NCBI GenBank assembly: GCA_963765495.1
Contig: CAVXWP010000013.1
Coordinates: 1-64,000 of the forward strand
DNA from: Blastocatellia bacterium
GTDB lineage: Bacteria; Acidobacteriota; Blastocatellia; UBA7656
DNA length: 64,000 nt
Direction of reading: 5' to 3'
Positions 18,836 through 28,014 of this stretch are shown in pieces; position 1 is the stretch's first letter; every line of letters starts with the position of its first letter. The translations under genes were made by a program, and so were the position numbers. The notes beneath the pieces were generated by a model that worked only from the letters and a program-made list of their open reading frames with translations, had not been told where the DNA came from and did no database searches.

Positions 18836-18919
18836 GCTAGAGGGGAGCGAGAGATCGGTATTAAAGGGCGAATGAGGGCAGAGCAGCAAAGCGCATCGCC
18901 GACCGGTTGGAGGACGCTC

Positions 18920-19519
18920 ATGAGTTATGAAAATACGGTAGAGGTCGAGATAAGCAACGATATGATCGCATCGAGTGAAATACACAGCTTCGAATCGGTT
19001 GCGCTGCCTCACCTCGACGACATATTTCGCACAGCCTGGCACGTAATGGGGAGCAGGATTGAGGCCGAAGACCTGGCGCAGGAGACTTACTTGCAGGCGT
19101 GGAAATCTTTCCATCGATTCGAGCCGGGCACAAATTGCCGGGCGTGGATGTACAAGATTCTCTTTCACGTGATACATCACCACCGCCGAAAGTGGTTCAA
19201 GTTCAATCTTGTGAAAGACGGCGAAGATATGCTTGAGCGGACGCTGGTTTACGAGCCACCCGTTCGGCAGGACCTCAGCGACGAAGAGGTATTATCAGCC
19301 TTTCAGAAAATTCCGCAGGCGTTTCGCGAAGTAGTGCTGCTGGCCGACGTTGAGGAGTTTTCTTACAAAGAGGTCGCAAGCACTCTGGGCATCCCCGTAG
19401 GCACTGTGATGTCGCGGCTCAGCCGGGGGCGCAAACTCTTGAGGATCGAACTGGCCGCGTTCGCCGAAACTTTTGGCATTCGCGCTGACGTGGAGAAAGC
19501 GCACGGCGTCGGTGCTTGA
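18920..19519 (+). CDS. ECF RNA polymerase sigma factor (copy 2, no adjacent anti-sigma)
   Basis: Close paralogue of 11081-11635. Start moved to ATG 18920 after GGAGG; the longer ORF overlaps the promoter. Confidence 0.93.
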   Translation: MSYENTVEVEISNDMIASSEIHSFESVALPHLDDIFRTAWHVMGSRIEAEDLAQETYLQAWKSFHRFEPGTNCRAWMYKILFHVIHHHRRKWFKFNLVKDGEDMLERTLVYEPPVRQDLSDEEVLSAFQKIPQAFREVVLLADVEEFSYKEVASTLGIPVGTVMSRLSRGRKLLRIELAAFAETFGIRADVEKAHGVGA

Positions 19520-19605
19520 TCACTGAGGTTAATCATTATCCCGAGCCATTCATAAATCGCGCTCTTTTCAGACGCGAGACTTCTCCTCCTCAAATAGCCT
19601 GCCTT

Positions 19606-19634
19606 AGCGCCCTTCCCGGGCGCTTTCTTTTTTT
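19606..19634 (+). terminator. Rho-independent terminator
   Basis: AGCGCCC-loop-GGGCGCT followed by a T-rich tract. Confidence 0.75.
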
Positions 19635-19672
19635 GCCGGGAACGATTCTATACGCCTCTTTGCCGCCGTTCG

Positions 19673-19699
19673 GGAATAAACAGATATAACACGGGGATT
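19673..19699 (+). promoter_or_regulatory. Putative ECF promoter upstream of the glycogen-debranching gene
   Basis: GGAATA-N15-GGGATT. Confidence 0.55.
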
Positions 19700-19809
19700 G
19701 AGCAGGTGGCAGGCGCATCGATTCAGGCAGCGCCCAACAGCCTGTTTTCGGCCATCCGGTGCGGTTCGAAAATGTGCGCCTGATTATTCTGATTATTGGA
19801 GAAGAAGTG

Positions 19810-20834
19810 ATGATTCGATTCGATAAAGAGGTTTGCGGAAACCTTGAATCTGCGCTCGGTCGCGAATGGATCGAGACAAACGGGATAGGCGGATTCGCCT
19901 CTTCGACCGTGGCCGGTCTAAACACGCGACGCTATCACGGATTGCTTACAGCCGCGACCCGCCCGCCCGTGGGTCGTCTCGTGCTGCTGGCAAAGCTCGA
20001 AGAGACATTGATACTCGACGGGCGCAGGTTCGAGCTTTCTGCCAACCGCTATCCCGGCGTAGTCCATCCGCAGGGGCATCAGCACTTGAAGGAATTCGCG
20101 CTTGATCCTTTCCCCGTATTTACCTACGAAGTCGAAGGGGTCGTGATCGAAAAGCGAGTCTTTATGATCTACGGCGAAAACAGCGTGGTCATTCAATATG
20201 ATCTGCGGAGCATGAATCAGGACCTCGCCGAATGCACGCTCGAAGCGCGACCGCTCATAGCCTTTCGCGATTATCACAGCACCACGCACGAAAACTTATC
20301 GCTCAACGCTTATGTCCGAGTGGAACCGAATCAGGCAGAGGTGGCGCCTTACAGCGACATGCCGGGGCTTCGTTTCGCTCACGACGCGGAAGAGATTGAC
20401 ACGTCGGGCAACTGGTATCGCAATTTCGAATACGACGCGGAACGCGAGCGAGGGCTCGATTTTTCCGAAGACCTTTATAGCCCGTTCGCCTTAAAATTCA
20501 ATCTCAACAAACGCCATCAAGCCGCCATCATCGCTTCGCTCGAACGCCACGACATCAACCAGGCAAATCGCTACCGGCTGGCTGAGATCGAAAGACGCAA
20601 ACGGGTTGTCGCCGCCGCGCCGCACGCTGGCTTGCGGCTTTTCACGAACATCTGAGTGACGCGGGGCTGGGCCACGTGTCTGAGATATTCGATGCCGACA
20701 GCCCGCACACGCCACGCGGCTGCGTTGCTCAAGCCTGGAGCGTAGCAGAGCTTTTGCGCGCCGGGGTCGAAGACGTGTTCGGCATCAAACCGGAGATGCA
20801 TATAGAGACGGCAGCGCAGATCGTGGGCAAGTAG
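19810..20834 (+). pseudogene. Amylo-alpha-1,6-glucosidase (archaeal-type glycogen debranching enzyme) with internal deletion and frameshift
   Basis: The N-terminal domain (REWIETNGIGGFASST..NTRRYHGLL) runs to about 20620. The family C-terminus ([32 protein letters not shown]) follows immediately in another frame, 20625-20834. Confidence 0.88.
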
Positions 20835-21035
20835 GTCTCTCGCCCCGCACAAGACAACCGCCAGGACGTTTGCAAGCGCCAGGGAACCGCCAAGAGTTCA
20901 GCAGAAGGCGCTATGCGAGCCTCTTCTGGCGGTTTATCTTTTTCAGCGTGTGATTGGTAAAAATTAAACAAGAATCCTGTTCAATCCAATCTAATCCTAT
21001 TAAGCCTGTCTAAAAAATTCCACTCTTCACAGCCG

Positions 21036-21062
21036 GGAATAATTAACCGTCGGGCCGTCATT
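21036..21062 (+). promoter_or_regulatory. Putative ECF promoter heading the aquaporin operon
   Basis: AGCCG-GGAATA-N15-GTCATT. Confidence 0.72.
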
Positions 21063-21112
21063 ATGAAGTAGAACGCAGACAGTTTTGATGAGCGTTCAGC
21101 AAAGGAATTTTT

Positions 21113-21307
21113 ATGAGCAAAGCCATACAGACAGAACAACACAATGATCAGCACGCCGGTGCGCTGCCAGTGGTCATAGGACTGATCGACGAGTCGGATT
21201 TTAATCGCCTCGAACTCTTCGGGTTCGAGGTTGACATGGACGGACGGGTGCTTGTGCCCGAGCTTGCGCCGAACCCGGTTTCAGTAACGGGCGGAAAGGC
21301 AGCCTGA
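21113..21307 (+). CDS. Small hypothetical protein (64 aa)
   Basis: AAGGAA RBS, first ORF after the promoter, 12 bp before the aquaporin gene. Confidence 0.55.
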   Translation: MSKAIQTEQHNDQHAGALPVVIGLIDESDFNRLELFGFEVDMDGRVLVPELAPNPVSVTGGKAA

Positions 21308-21319
21308 ACAGGTGCAATC

Positions 21320-22111
21320 ATGACCGATAAATTGAAACAACACTGGCCGGAATATTTGATGGAAGCCGCGGGTCTGGGAATCTTTATGATGTCGGCAGCG
21401 TTTTTTGTAGCCCTGCTCCAGCACCCTTCGTCGCCCGTCAGGCAGATGATTGCGAATGATTTCCTGCGGCGCACGCTCGTAGGCGCGGCGATGGGACTCA
21501 CAGCCATCTGCATCATCTATTCGCCGTGGGGCAAGCAGTCGGGCGCTCATATAAATCCGTCGGTCACGCTTACATTCTTGCGGCTCGGAAAAATCCAGCC
21601 GGTTGATGCGCTCTTTTACGCGCTTGCGCAATTCGCGGGAGGAGTACTCGGAGTCGTGATTGCGGCGCTTGTGCTCGGAAGCGTCATCGCGCACCCTACG
21701 GTAAATTATGTCGCCACGCTTCCAGGCATGCGCGGGGCGGGGGTCGCCTTCATCGCCGAAGTGATCATCTCTTTTTTGATGATGACGATGATCCTGAGAG
21801 TTTCAAACACCCCCCGGCTTGCGCGCTTCACAGGGCTTTTCGCGGGGCTGCTCGTGATGACATACATCAGCCTTGAAGACCCCTTTTCAGGGATGAGCAT
21901 GAACCCTGCGCGGACGTTCGGCTCGGCGGTTCTGGCTCACGCCTGGACCACGCTCTGGCTTTACTTCACCGCGCCGCCGCTTGGAATGCTGCTGGCGGCC
22001 GAAGGCTTTGTGCGGTTCAAGGGCGCGGGCAGCGTGCTTTGCGCAAAGCTCAATCACCAGAATGACAAACGCTGCATATTCAGATGCAACTATCACGCAG
22101 TACGCAGTTGA
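21320..22111 (+). CDS. MIP/aquaporin family channel with a Cys/His-rich C-terminal tail
   Basis: SGAHINPSVT and GMSMNPARTFG loops, six TM helices, CAKLNH..RCIFRC tail. Confidence 0.9.
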   Translation: MTDKLKQHWPEYLMEAAGLGIFMMSAAFFVALLQHPSSPVRQMIANDFLRRTLVGAAMGLTAICIIYSPWGKQSGAHINPSVTLTFLRLGKIQPVDALFYALAQFAGGVLGVVIAALVLGSVIAHPTVNYVATLPGMRGAGVAFIAEVIISFLMMTMILRVSNTPRLARFTGLFAGLLVMTYISLEDPFSGMSMNPARTFGSAVLAHAWTTLWLYFTAPPLGMLLAAEGFVRFKGAGSVLCAKLNHQNDKRCIFRCNYHAVRS

Positions 22112-22170
22112 TTGACGGGTTATCGACCGTCGCAAATCCAATCTCAAATCAAATAGAAGGAGTCTCAGTT

Positions 22171-22923
22171 ATGAAGAATCGAAAACTGTTCACGGGTCTG
22201 GTTATGTTGATTGTCTTTGTTGGCGCGCAGTTCTCAGCGCCAGTCAGGGCAGGCGCTAAGAGGTCGGCGAAAGAGACCAGATTTATAGTCCGTATCGAGA
22301 ACATCTCAAGCCCGGAAGGGCAAACCGCATCCGATGGAACAAAGTGGCCGTTTGCTTTGTCACCCGGGATGTGGGTATCTCATGACAAAAGCGTCCAGCT
22401 ATTCAAAGAAGGCAAGCCCGCTCTCGCAAACGGCCTTGAAGCGCAGGCCGAGGACGGAAACCCTGAAGAACTCGTGAAGTCGCTTGTCGCGCTCAATCAC
22501 AGCGCCGATCATCACGGCATATTCAATACGCCCGCAGGCGCAGACGGCCCCGGACCTATTGGACCGGGCGGCGCGTATGAGTTCGCGGTAAATCTCTCTT
22601 CGGATATGAAGCTCTCTGTTGTGCTGATGTTCGGTCAGTCGAACGATTATTTCTATGCGCCCGACCCGGAAGGCATGTCTTTGTTCGACAGGGAAGAAAA
22701 ACCCCTGAGCGGCAACATCACCTACAAGTTCATCCTGTGGGATGCCGGAACCGAAATGGATCAGGAGCCAGGTATAGGCTCGGACCAGGCACCGCGCCAG
22801 CAGGCTCACAACACGGGCGTAGATCAACACGGCAAGGTTCATCGAGCGAAAGAGTCGTCCTTTTACTACAAGACCAGCGATTTATTTCGCGTCACAGTCA
22901 CACCGAACACTCAAGTTGATTAA
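22171..22923 (+). CDS. Secreted spondin_N domain protein
   Basis: LSPG, GLEAQAEDGN, MFGQSNDYF and WDAGTE motifs; start ATG 22171 after AAGGAG. Confidence 0.82.
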   Translation: MKNRKLFTGLVMLIVFVGAQFSAPVRAGAKRSAKETRFIVRIENISSPEGQTASDGTKWPFALSPGMWVSHDKSVQLFKEGKPALANGLEAQAEDGNPEELVKSLVALNHSADHHGIFNTPAGADGPGPIGPGGAYEFAVNLSSDMKLSVVLMFGQSNDYFYAPDPEGMSLFDREEKPLSGNITYKFILWDAGTEMDQEPGIGSDQAPRQQAHNTGVDQHGKVHRAKESSFYYKTSDLFRVTVTPNTQVD

Positions 22924-23008
22924 GCAAATTCGGTGAGCATCCCGCTCGGTGTTTCAGCGGGATGCCTATCACCTGAGTTTTCAAACAGCAGATTAAGGAG
23001 AAAGTACG

Positions 23009-23884
23009 ATGAAAACATTTCTTAGAATGACAACAATAGTTCCGGCGATTCTGGTTTTGACGATACTCGCTCATGCACAGATCGTAGACAAGAAGGCGCT
23101 CACGCTCGAAGGGGCAAAGAAGGTAATCGCGGCGGCAATTGCCGAAGCCAAAAGCAAGAACGCGCCGGGCGGCGTCATCGCCGTAGTAGATGACGGCGGA
23201 AACCTGATGGCGGTCGAACGCCTCGACGGCACTTTCGCCGCGGGCGCTCTTATCTCAATCGGCAAGGCGCGCACTGCCGCGCTCTTCAAGAAACCGACAA
23301 AGGTATTCGAAGACATCATCGGAAAGGGCCGCACCTCGATGGTCGCGCTCAATGATTTCACCCCCTTGCAGGGCGGCGTGCCGATCATTTACGAAGGCCA
23401 GATCGTCGGCGGCGTAGGGGTCAGCGGAGCCTCAAGCGCCCAGCAGGATGAAGAGATCGCAATCGCCGGAGCCGCAGCCTTTAGCGCGCCTCTTGAAAAT
23501 GCTACGCCTGCACCCTCTCAGCCGGTCACCTATTTCAGCAAAGATCAGGTCACGGCCGCTTTTGCAAAAGGCGCGGTTCTGTTCGACGCAAGCGACAAGT
23601 ACATGGTTCACGCGAGCCGCCGCGACAAGGCCGGCGTAGCCGAAGTTCATCTAAAAGACGCGGACATAATTTATGTGCTCGACGGCGCGGCTACCTTTGT
23701 AACGGGCGGAACCGTCGTAGAGCCGAAGACCACCGCTCCCGATGAGGTTCGCGGAAAAGAGATAGCGGGCGGCGATACGCGGCGCATTTCGAAAGGCGAT
23801 GTGATCATCGTCCCGGCGGGCACGCCTCACTGGTTCAAAGAAGTGCCCGGCACTTTCATCTACTACGTCGTCAAGGCGCGGTAG
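23009..23884 (+). CDS. Secreted GlcG/HbpS-like heme-binding domain fused to a cupin domain
   Basis: AVVDDGG, KARTA and GGVPI...GGVGVSG motifs, then EVH...GDVIIVPAGTPHWF. Confidence 0.85.
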   Translation: MKTFLRMTTIVPAILVLTILAHAQIVDKKALTLEGAKKVIAAAIAEAKSKNAPGGVIAVVDDGGNLMAVERLDGTFAAGALISIGKARTAALFKKPTKVFEDIIGKGRTSMVALNDFTPLQGGVPIIYEGQIVGGVGVSGASSAQQDEEIAIAGAAAFSAPLENATPAPSQPVTYFSKDQVTAAFAKGAVLFDASDKYMVHASRRDKAGVAEVHLKDADIIYVLDGAATFVTGGTVVEPKTTAPDEVRGKEIAGGDTRRISKGDVIIVPAGTPHWFKEVPGTFIYYVVKAR

Positions 23885-23908
23885 CAGCAAGCTGGAGGTT
23901 CTCAAATC

Positions 23909-25612
23909 ATGAGCAAAAAGCTTTTCTCAATCACGGCGGCTCTCGTTTTGATCGCCGCCACCTTTATCACCGCCCTCGCGCAAAGTAACGCCCAGACAAA
24001 TAAACAGACAAACACTCAGACAAACTGGGATGCGCCTGCGGGAACGCCCGAAGCAACCATCGACCTGGCCACGGCCGAAGGCGCGCGGCTGGTCAAAGGC
24101 GAGTGGCGTTACAGCGACACCCGCATAGTCGAGGTTGATTTCCGAGGCCCCGGTCCCGAAGGCCAGCCGACGGGCCAGGCTATCAAGACCTATGATTACA
24201 CACCGCACGCGGGCGGCGCAGACTTTGATGATTCGAAGTGGGAAATGATTCCGGCCTCATCGCTCGAAGCCCGCCGCGCAACCGGGCGCATATGCTTCAA
24301 CTGGTACCGGATCAAGCTGACCATCCCCGACCGCGTGGGCGATTTCGATCCCACGGGATCAACCGTGGTCTTTGAGACGGCGCTCGATGACTATGCCGAA
24401 GTCTGGGTAGACGGCGAGCTTGCGCGCGGTCTCGGTCAGCGAGGCGGCTCAATCGTAGGCGGCTGGAACGCGGCAAATCGCCTTATCGTCGGGCGGAATG
24501 TTCAACCGGGCCAGCAGATTCAACTCGCCGTGTTCGGCATCAACGGGCCTATTTCGAATCCGCCTACAAACTTCATCTGGGTGCGATTTGCAAAGCTAGA
24601 GTTTTACAAAGAGGAAGCGGGGCCGGTTGCGATGACGCCGCGCGAGGTGAACGTAGAAGTCATCAGAAACGATCCCGGAATGGACGCGATAGTCGGGCCG
24701 AATCCAAAGATATTCAAGCTTGCCGAAGGGTTCAAATTCACCGAAGGCCCGATCTGGGTAAGCGACGGTGGCTATTTGTTGTTCAGCGACCCGAACAGCA
24801 ATCGCATTTACAAATACACGCCCGATGAGCGGCTCGAAGTCTTTCGCGAGCCGAGCGGATACGCGGGCCGAGACATCGGTGAGTATGGGCAACCCGGCTC
24901 GAACGGACTGACGCTCGACCCCGAAGGCCGCCTGACCGTAAACGAGCACGGCAATCATCGAGTCACTCGCACGGAAAAGAACGGAAGGATGACTGTGCTT
25001 GCCGACAGCTTCGAAGGCAAAAGGCTCAACAGCCCGAACGATCTTGTCTATCGCTCGGATGGGACTCTTTATTTCACCGATCCGCCTTTCGGTCTTCCAA
25101 AATTTTTCGACGATCCCAGAAGGCAACTCTCTTTCAGCGGCGTCTATTCGATTTACAAAGGCAAGCTGCAACTTCTCACCAAAGAACTGACGGGGCCAAA
25201 CGGCATCGCCTTCTCACCCGACGAGAAATACCTCTACGTAGGCAACTGGGATGAGAAGAAAAAAGTCGTAATGCGTTACGAGGCAAAACTCGACGGCACG
25301 ATTGAAAACGGACGGGCCTTTTATGATATGACTCAGGCTCCGGGCGAAGACGCGATTGACGGAATCAAAGTAGATCAGCGCGGCAACCTCTATGTTTCAG
25401 GGCCGGGCGGATTGTGGGTCATCTCGTCTGAGGGCAAGCACCTGGGCACGATCATCGCCCCAAAACACGTTCACAACTTTGCCTGGGGCGACGAAGACGG
25501 CAAGACGCTTTACCTTTGTGGGCGCAACAGCCTTTACCGCATGCGGCTGAACATACCGGGCGTCCGTCCGACAGGCAATTCGTCGCAGGCGGTGACAACA
25601 TCAGAGAAGTAA
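23909..25612 (+). CDS. Secreted SMP-30/gluconolactonase with an N-terminal sugar-binding-like domain
   Basis: N-domain WYR...DDYAEVWVDG; C-domain TEGPIW, NSPND, FTDPPFG and DGIKVD. Confidence 0.88.
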   Translation: MSKKLFSITAALVLIAATFITALAQSNAQTNKQTNTQTNWDAPAGTPEATIDLATAEGARLVKGEWRYSDTRIVEVDFRGPGPEGQPTGQAIKTYDYTPHAGGADFDDSKWEMIPASSLEARRATGRICFNWYRIKLTIPDRVGDFDPTGSTVVFETALDDYAEVWVDGELARGLGQRGGSIVGGWNAANRLIVGRNVQPGQQIQLAVFGINGPISNPPTNFIWVRFAKLEFYKEEAGPVAMTPREVNVEVIRNDPGMDAIVGPNPKIFKLAEGFKFTEGPIWVSDGGYLLFSDPNSNRIYKYTPDERLEVFREPSGYAGRDIGEYGQPGSNGLTLDPEGRLTVNEHGNHRVTRTEKNGRMTVLADSFEGKRLNSPNDLVYRSDGTLYFTDPPFGLPKFFDDPRRQLSFSGVYSIYKGKLQLLTKELTGPNGIAFSPDEKYLYVGNWDEKKKVVMRYEAKLDGTIENGRAFYDMTQAPGEDAIDGIKVDQRGNLYVSGPGGLWVISSEGKHLGTIIAPKHVHNFAWGDEDGKTLYLCGRNSLYRMRLNIPGVRPTGNSSQAVTTSEK

Positions 25613-25636
25613 TCCGCTCGTAAGGAGTGACAGATA

Positions 25637-26284
25637 ATGACTGATCTCAACCAGGTGGTGATGGCAATACTTGACAGACGACAGGTATTGCCATCCGAGC
25701 GCAGTATGCTAGTAGCCGTCAGCGGCATTGATGGATCGGGCAAAGGTTATATGACATCCAAAATCGTAGCCCGGCTGCGCGAGCATAATCTTAATGCGGT
25801 CGGCATCAACATTGACGGCTGGTTGAACCTGCCCGAAAAGAGATTCGATCCGCACAACCCGGCAGAGCATTTTTATAAGTACGCCATCCGCTTTGATGAG
25901 ATGTTCGACCAGTTGATTCTGCCGCTCAAAGAGAAGCGGTCGCATCATGTGGTCGCCGATTTTGCGGAAGAGACGGCAACCGAGTATCGCAGACATACTT
26001 ATGATTTTGAGAATGTTGACATAATAGTTCTGGAGGGCATCTTTCTGCTCAAGCGAGACTTTCGAAGCCATTATGATCTGAGCATCTGGATTGACTGCAC
26101 ATTTCAGACAGCCCTCGAACGCGCGCTCGAACGCGGTCAGGAGGGCCTTCCGCCCGCTGAAACCGTACTGGCTTTCGAGATCATATATTTCCCCGCGCAA
26201 CGAATTCATTTCGACCGCGACGACCCGCAATCTGCCGCCCGTCTGATTATTAGTAACGACCCCAGGATGACGCGTGATGCGTGA
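25637..26284 (+). CDS. Uridine-kinase-like P-loop kinase
   Basis: VAVSGIDGSGKG Walker A and IIVLEGIFLL. Confidence 0.75.
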   Translation: MTDLNQVVMAILDRRQVLPSERSMLVAVSGIDGSGKGYMTSKIVARLREHNLNAVGINIDGWLNLPEKRFDPHNPAEHFYKYAIRFDEMFDQLILPLKEKRSHHVVADFAEETATEYRRHTYDFENVDIIVLEGIFLLKRDFRSHYDLSIWIDCTFQTALERALERGQEGLPPAETVLAFEIIYFPAQRIHFDRDDPQSAARLIISNDPRMTRDA

Positions 26285-26291
26285 TGCGTGA
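26268..26291. repeat. One-armed (TGATGCG)n array supplying the last codons and stop of the kinase gene
   Basis: TGACGCG TGATGCG TGATGCG TGA. Confidence 0.75.
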
Positions 26292-26308
26292 ATAGAAATT
26301 CTTAGCCG

Positions 26309-26335
26309 GGAATTTTTTTCCAACCTGCTGTCATT
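26309..26335 (+). promoter_or_regulatory. Putative ECF promoter upstream of the GMC gene
   Basis: AGCCG-GGAATT-N15-GTCATT. Confidence 0.72.
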
Positions 26336-26441
26336 TAAGAGATGGCCGTCGCAGCGATAACCAGATAGCGCCGGATAAAACAATAGTCTGATTGCAAACC
26401 GTTTGATCGCATTGCCGCTCAGGGAAAGTGGAGGGATAGAT

Positions 26442-27989
26442 ATGTCTAACGATAATCATTACGATGTGATAATCATAGGAACGGGAGCCGGTGGAGGTAC
26501 GCTTGCCTATCATCTGGCCCCTTCCGGTAAACGAATTCTATTGCTTGAACGCGGCGGATATGTTCCGCGCGAAAAAGAGAACTGGAGCGCGCGCGCCGTC
26601 GTGGGCGAAGCCCGCTACAACACAAAAGAAGAGTGGAGCGACTCGGAAGGGAAACCGCTTCATCCGCACACAAATTACTATGTCGGAGGCAACACGAAAT
26701 TTTACGGCGCGGCCCTGTTTCGCCTCCGCAAGGAAGACTTCGGCGAACTCCAGCATCACGGAGGCGTCTCGCCCGCATGGCCCATCAGCTATGACGAGCT
26801 TGAGCCTTATTACACGCGGGCCGAACATCTCTATCACGTACACGGTGAGCGCGGCACAGACCCGACCGAGCCGTGGGCAAGCGCCCCCTATCTTCACCCG
26901 GCCGTAAGCCACGAACCCCGCATCCAGCGATTGCACGACGATCTCGTAGCGCTCGGACACAAACCGTTTCACGTGCCGCTCGGCGTTATGCTCGATGAAA
27001 AGAACCCGGCAAAGAGCGCCTGCATTCGCTGCTCGACCTGCGACGGCTTCCCCTGTCTGGTCAAGGCGAAATCCGACGCGCAGGTCGTCTGCGTAGACCC
27101 GGCCCTCGCGCACGAAAATGTCACGCTGCTGACCGATGCTTATGTCGCGCGATTGGAAACCGATCTTTCGGGCCGCGAGATCACCCGCGTTCACGTGGAG
27201 CGAAACGGTGAAAAGGAAGTCTATTCGGCAAACATAATCGTATCCTCCTGCGGCGCTATCAACTCGGCGGCGCTGCTGCTCAGGTCTGCAAGCGACAAAC
27301 ATCCTCGCGGGCTTGCGAACGGTTCTGACGTAGTAGGCCGTCACTACATGGGGCACAATAACTCCGTGCTGTTTGCGATCTCGCGCCATCCGAATCCGAC
27401 CATATTTCAAAAGACGCTGGCGTTGAACGATTTCTATTTCGCCTCGAAAGAATGGGATTATCCGATGGGGCACATATCGTTTGTGGGCAAGTTTGACGCG
27501 AACATGTTCGCCGCCGGAGCGCCCAAGATAGTGCCCGGTCTTACGCTTGAAATCATGGCCAAGCACTCGCTCGATTTCTGGCTGACCTCCGAAGATTTGC
27601 CCGACCCGAATAATCGCGTAACTCTTGATCGCAACGGAAAGATAGTTCTCTCTTACACGCCGAACAACCTGGAAGGTCACAAACGGCTGGGGGCGAAGCT
27701 CAAGGATTTGATCAAGCACACGGGCTGTGAAAACCACCTGATCCCGCTAAACGCTTTTGTCGGAGACCGCATACCACTTGCCGGAGTCGCGCACCAGAAC
27801 GGAACTATTCGTTTTGGCAATGACCCGCAGACAAGCGTTCTGGATCGAAACTGCAAGGCGCACGAGGTAGATAACCTCTACGTCGTGGACGGAAGTTTCT
27901 TCCCTTCAAGCGCGGCGGTAAATCCGGCGCTGACCATCATGGCTAACGCGTTGCGCGTGGGCGATCACCTGCTTGAAAGGCTTGGTTAA
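26442..27989 (+). CDS. GMC family FAD oxidoreductase
   Basis: IIGTGAGG, VGGNTKFY, CIRCSTCDGFPC, AHQNGT, DNLYVVDGS and NPALTI motifs; start ATG 26442. Confidence 0.92.
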   Translation: MSNDNHYDVIIIGTGAGGGTLAYHLAPSGKRILLLERGGYVPREKENWSARAVVGEARYNTKEEWSDSEGKPLHPHTNYYVGGNTKFYGAALFRLRKEDFGELQHHGGVSPAWPISYDELEPYYTRAEHLYHVHGERGTDPTEPWASAPYLHPAVSHEPRIQRLHDDLVALGHKPFHVPLGVMLDEKNPAKSACIRCSTCDGFPCLVKAKSDAQVVCVDPALAHENVTLLTDAYVARLETDLSGREITRVHVERNGEKEVYSANIIVSSCGAINSAALLLRSASDKHPRGLANGSDVVGRHYMGHNNSVLFAISRHPNPTIFQKTLALNDFYFASKEWDYPMGHISFVGKFDANMFAAGAPKIVPGLTLEIMAKHSLDFWLTSEDLPDPNNRVTLDRNGKIVLSYTPNNLEGHKRLGAKLKDLIKHTGCENHLIPLNAFVGDRIPLAGVAHQNGTIRFGNDPQTSVLDRNCKAHEVDNLYVVDGSFFPSSAAVNPALTIMANALRVGDHLLERLG

Positions 27990-28014
27990 TTGAGATGAAT
28001 AGCATAAAAATAGA

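Noticed and set aside
20970-21012. Degenerate nonamer repeats (AATCCTGT-like; also near 56465-56530 and 33155-33180)
   Set aside because: Probably eroded members of the repeat family, but too degenerate to delimit.
23990-24024. 12-bp coding repeats (QTN) and 15-bp repeats in the porin near 52172-52213 (TSPSN)
   Set aside because: In-frame low-complexity linker expansions after signal peptides, with no sign of a separate function.
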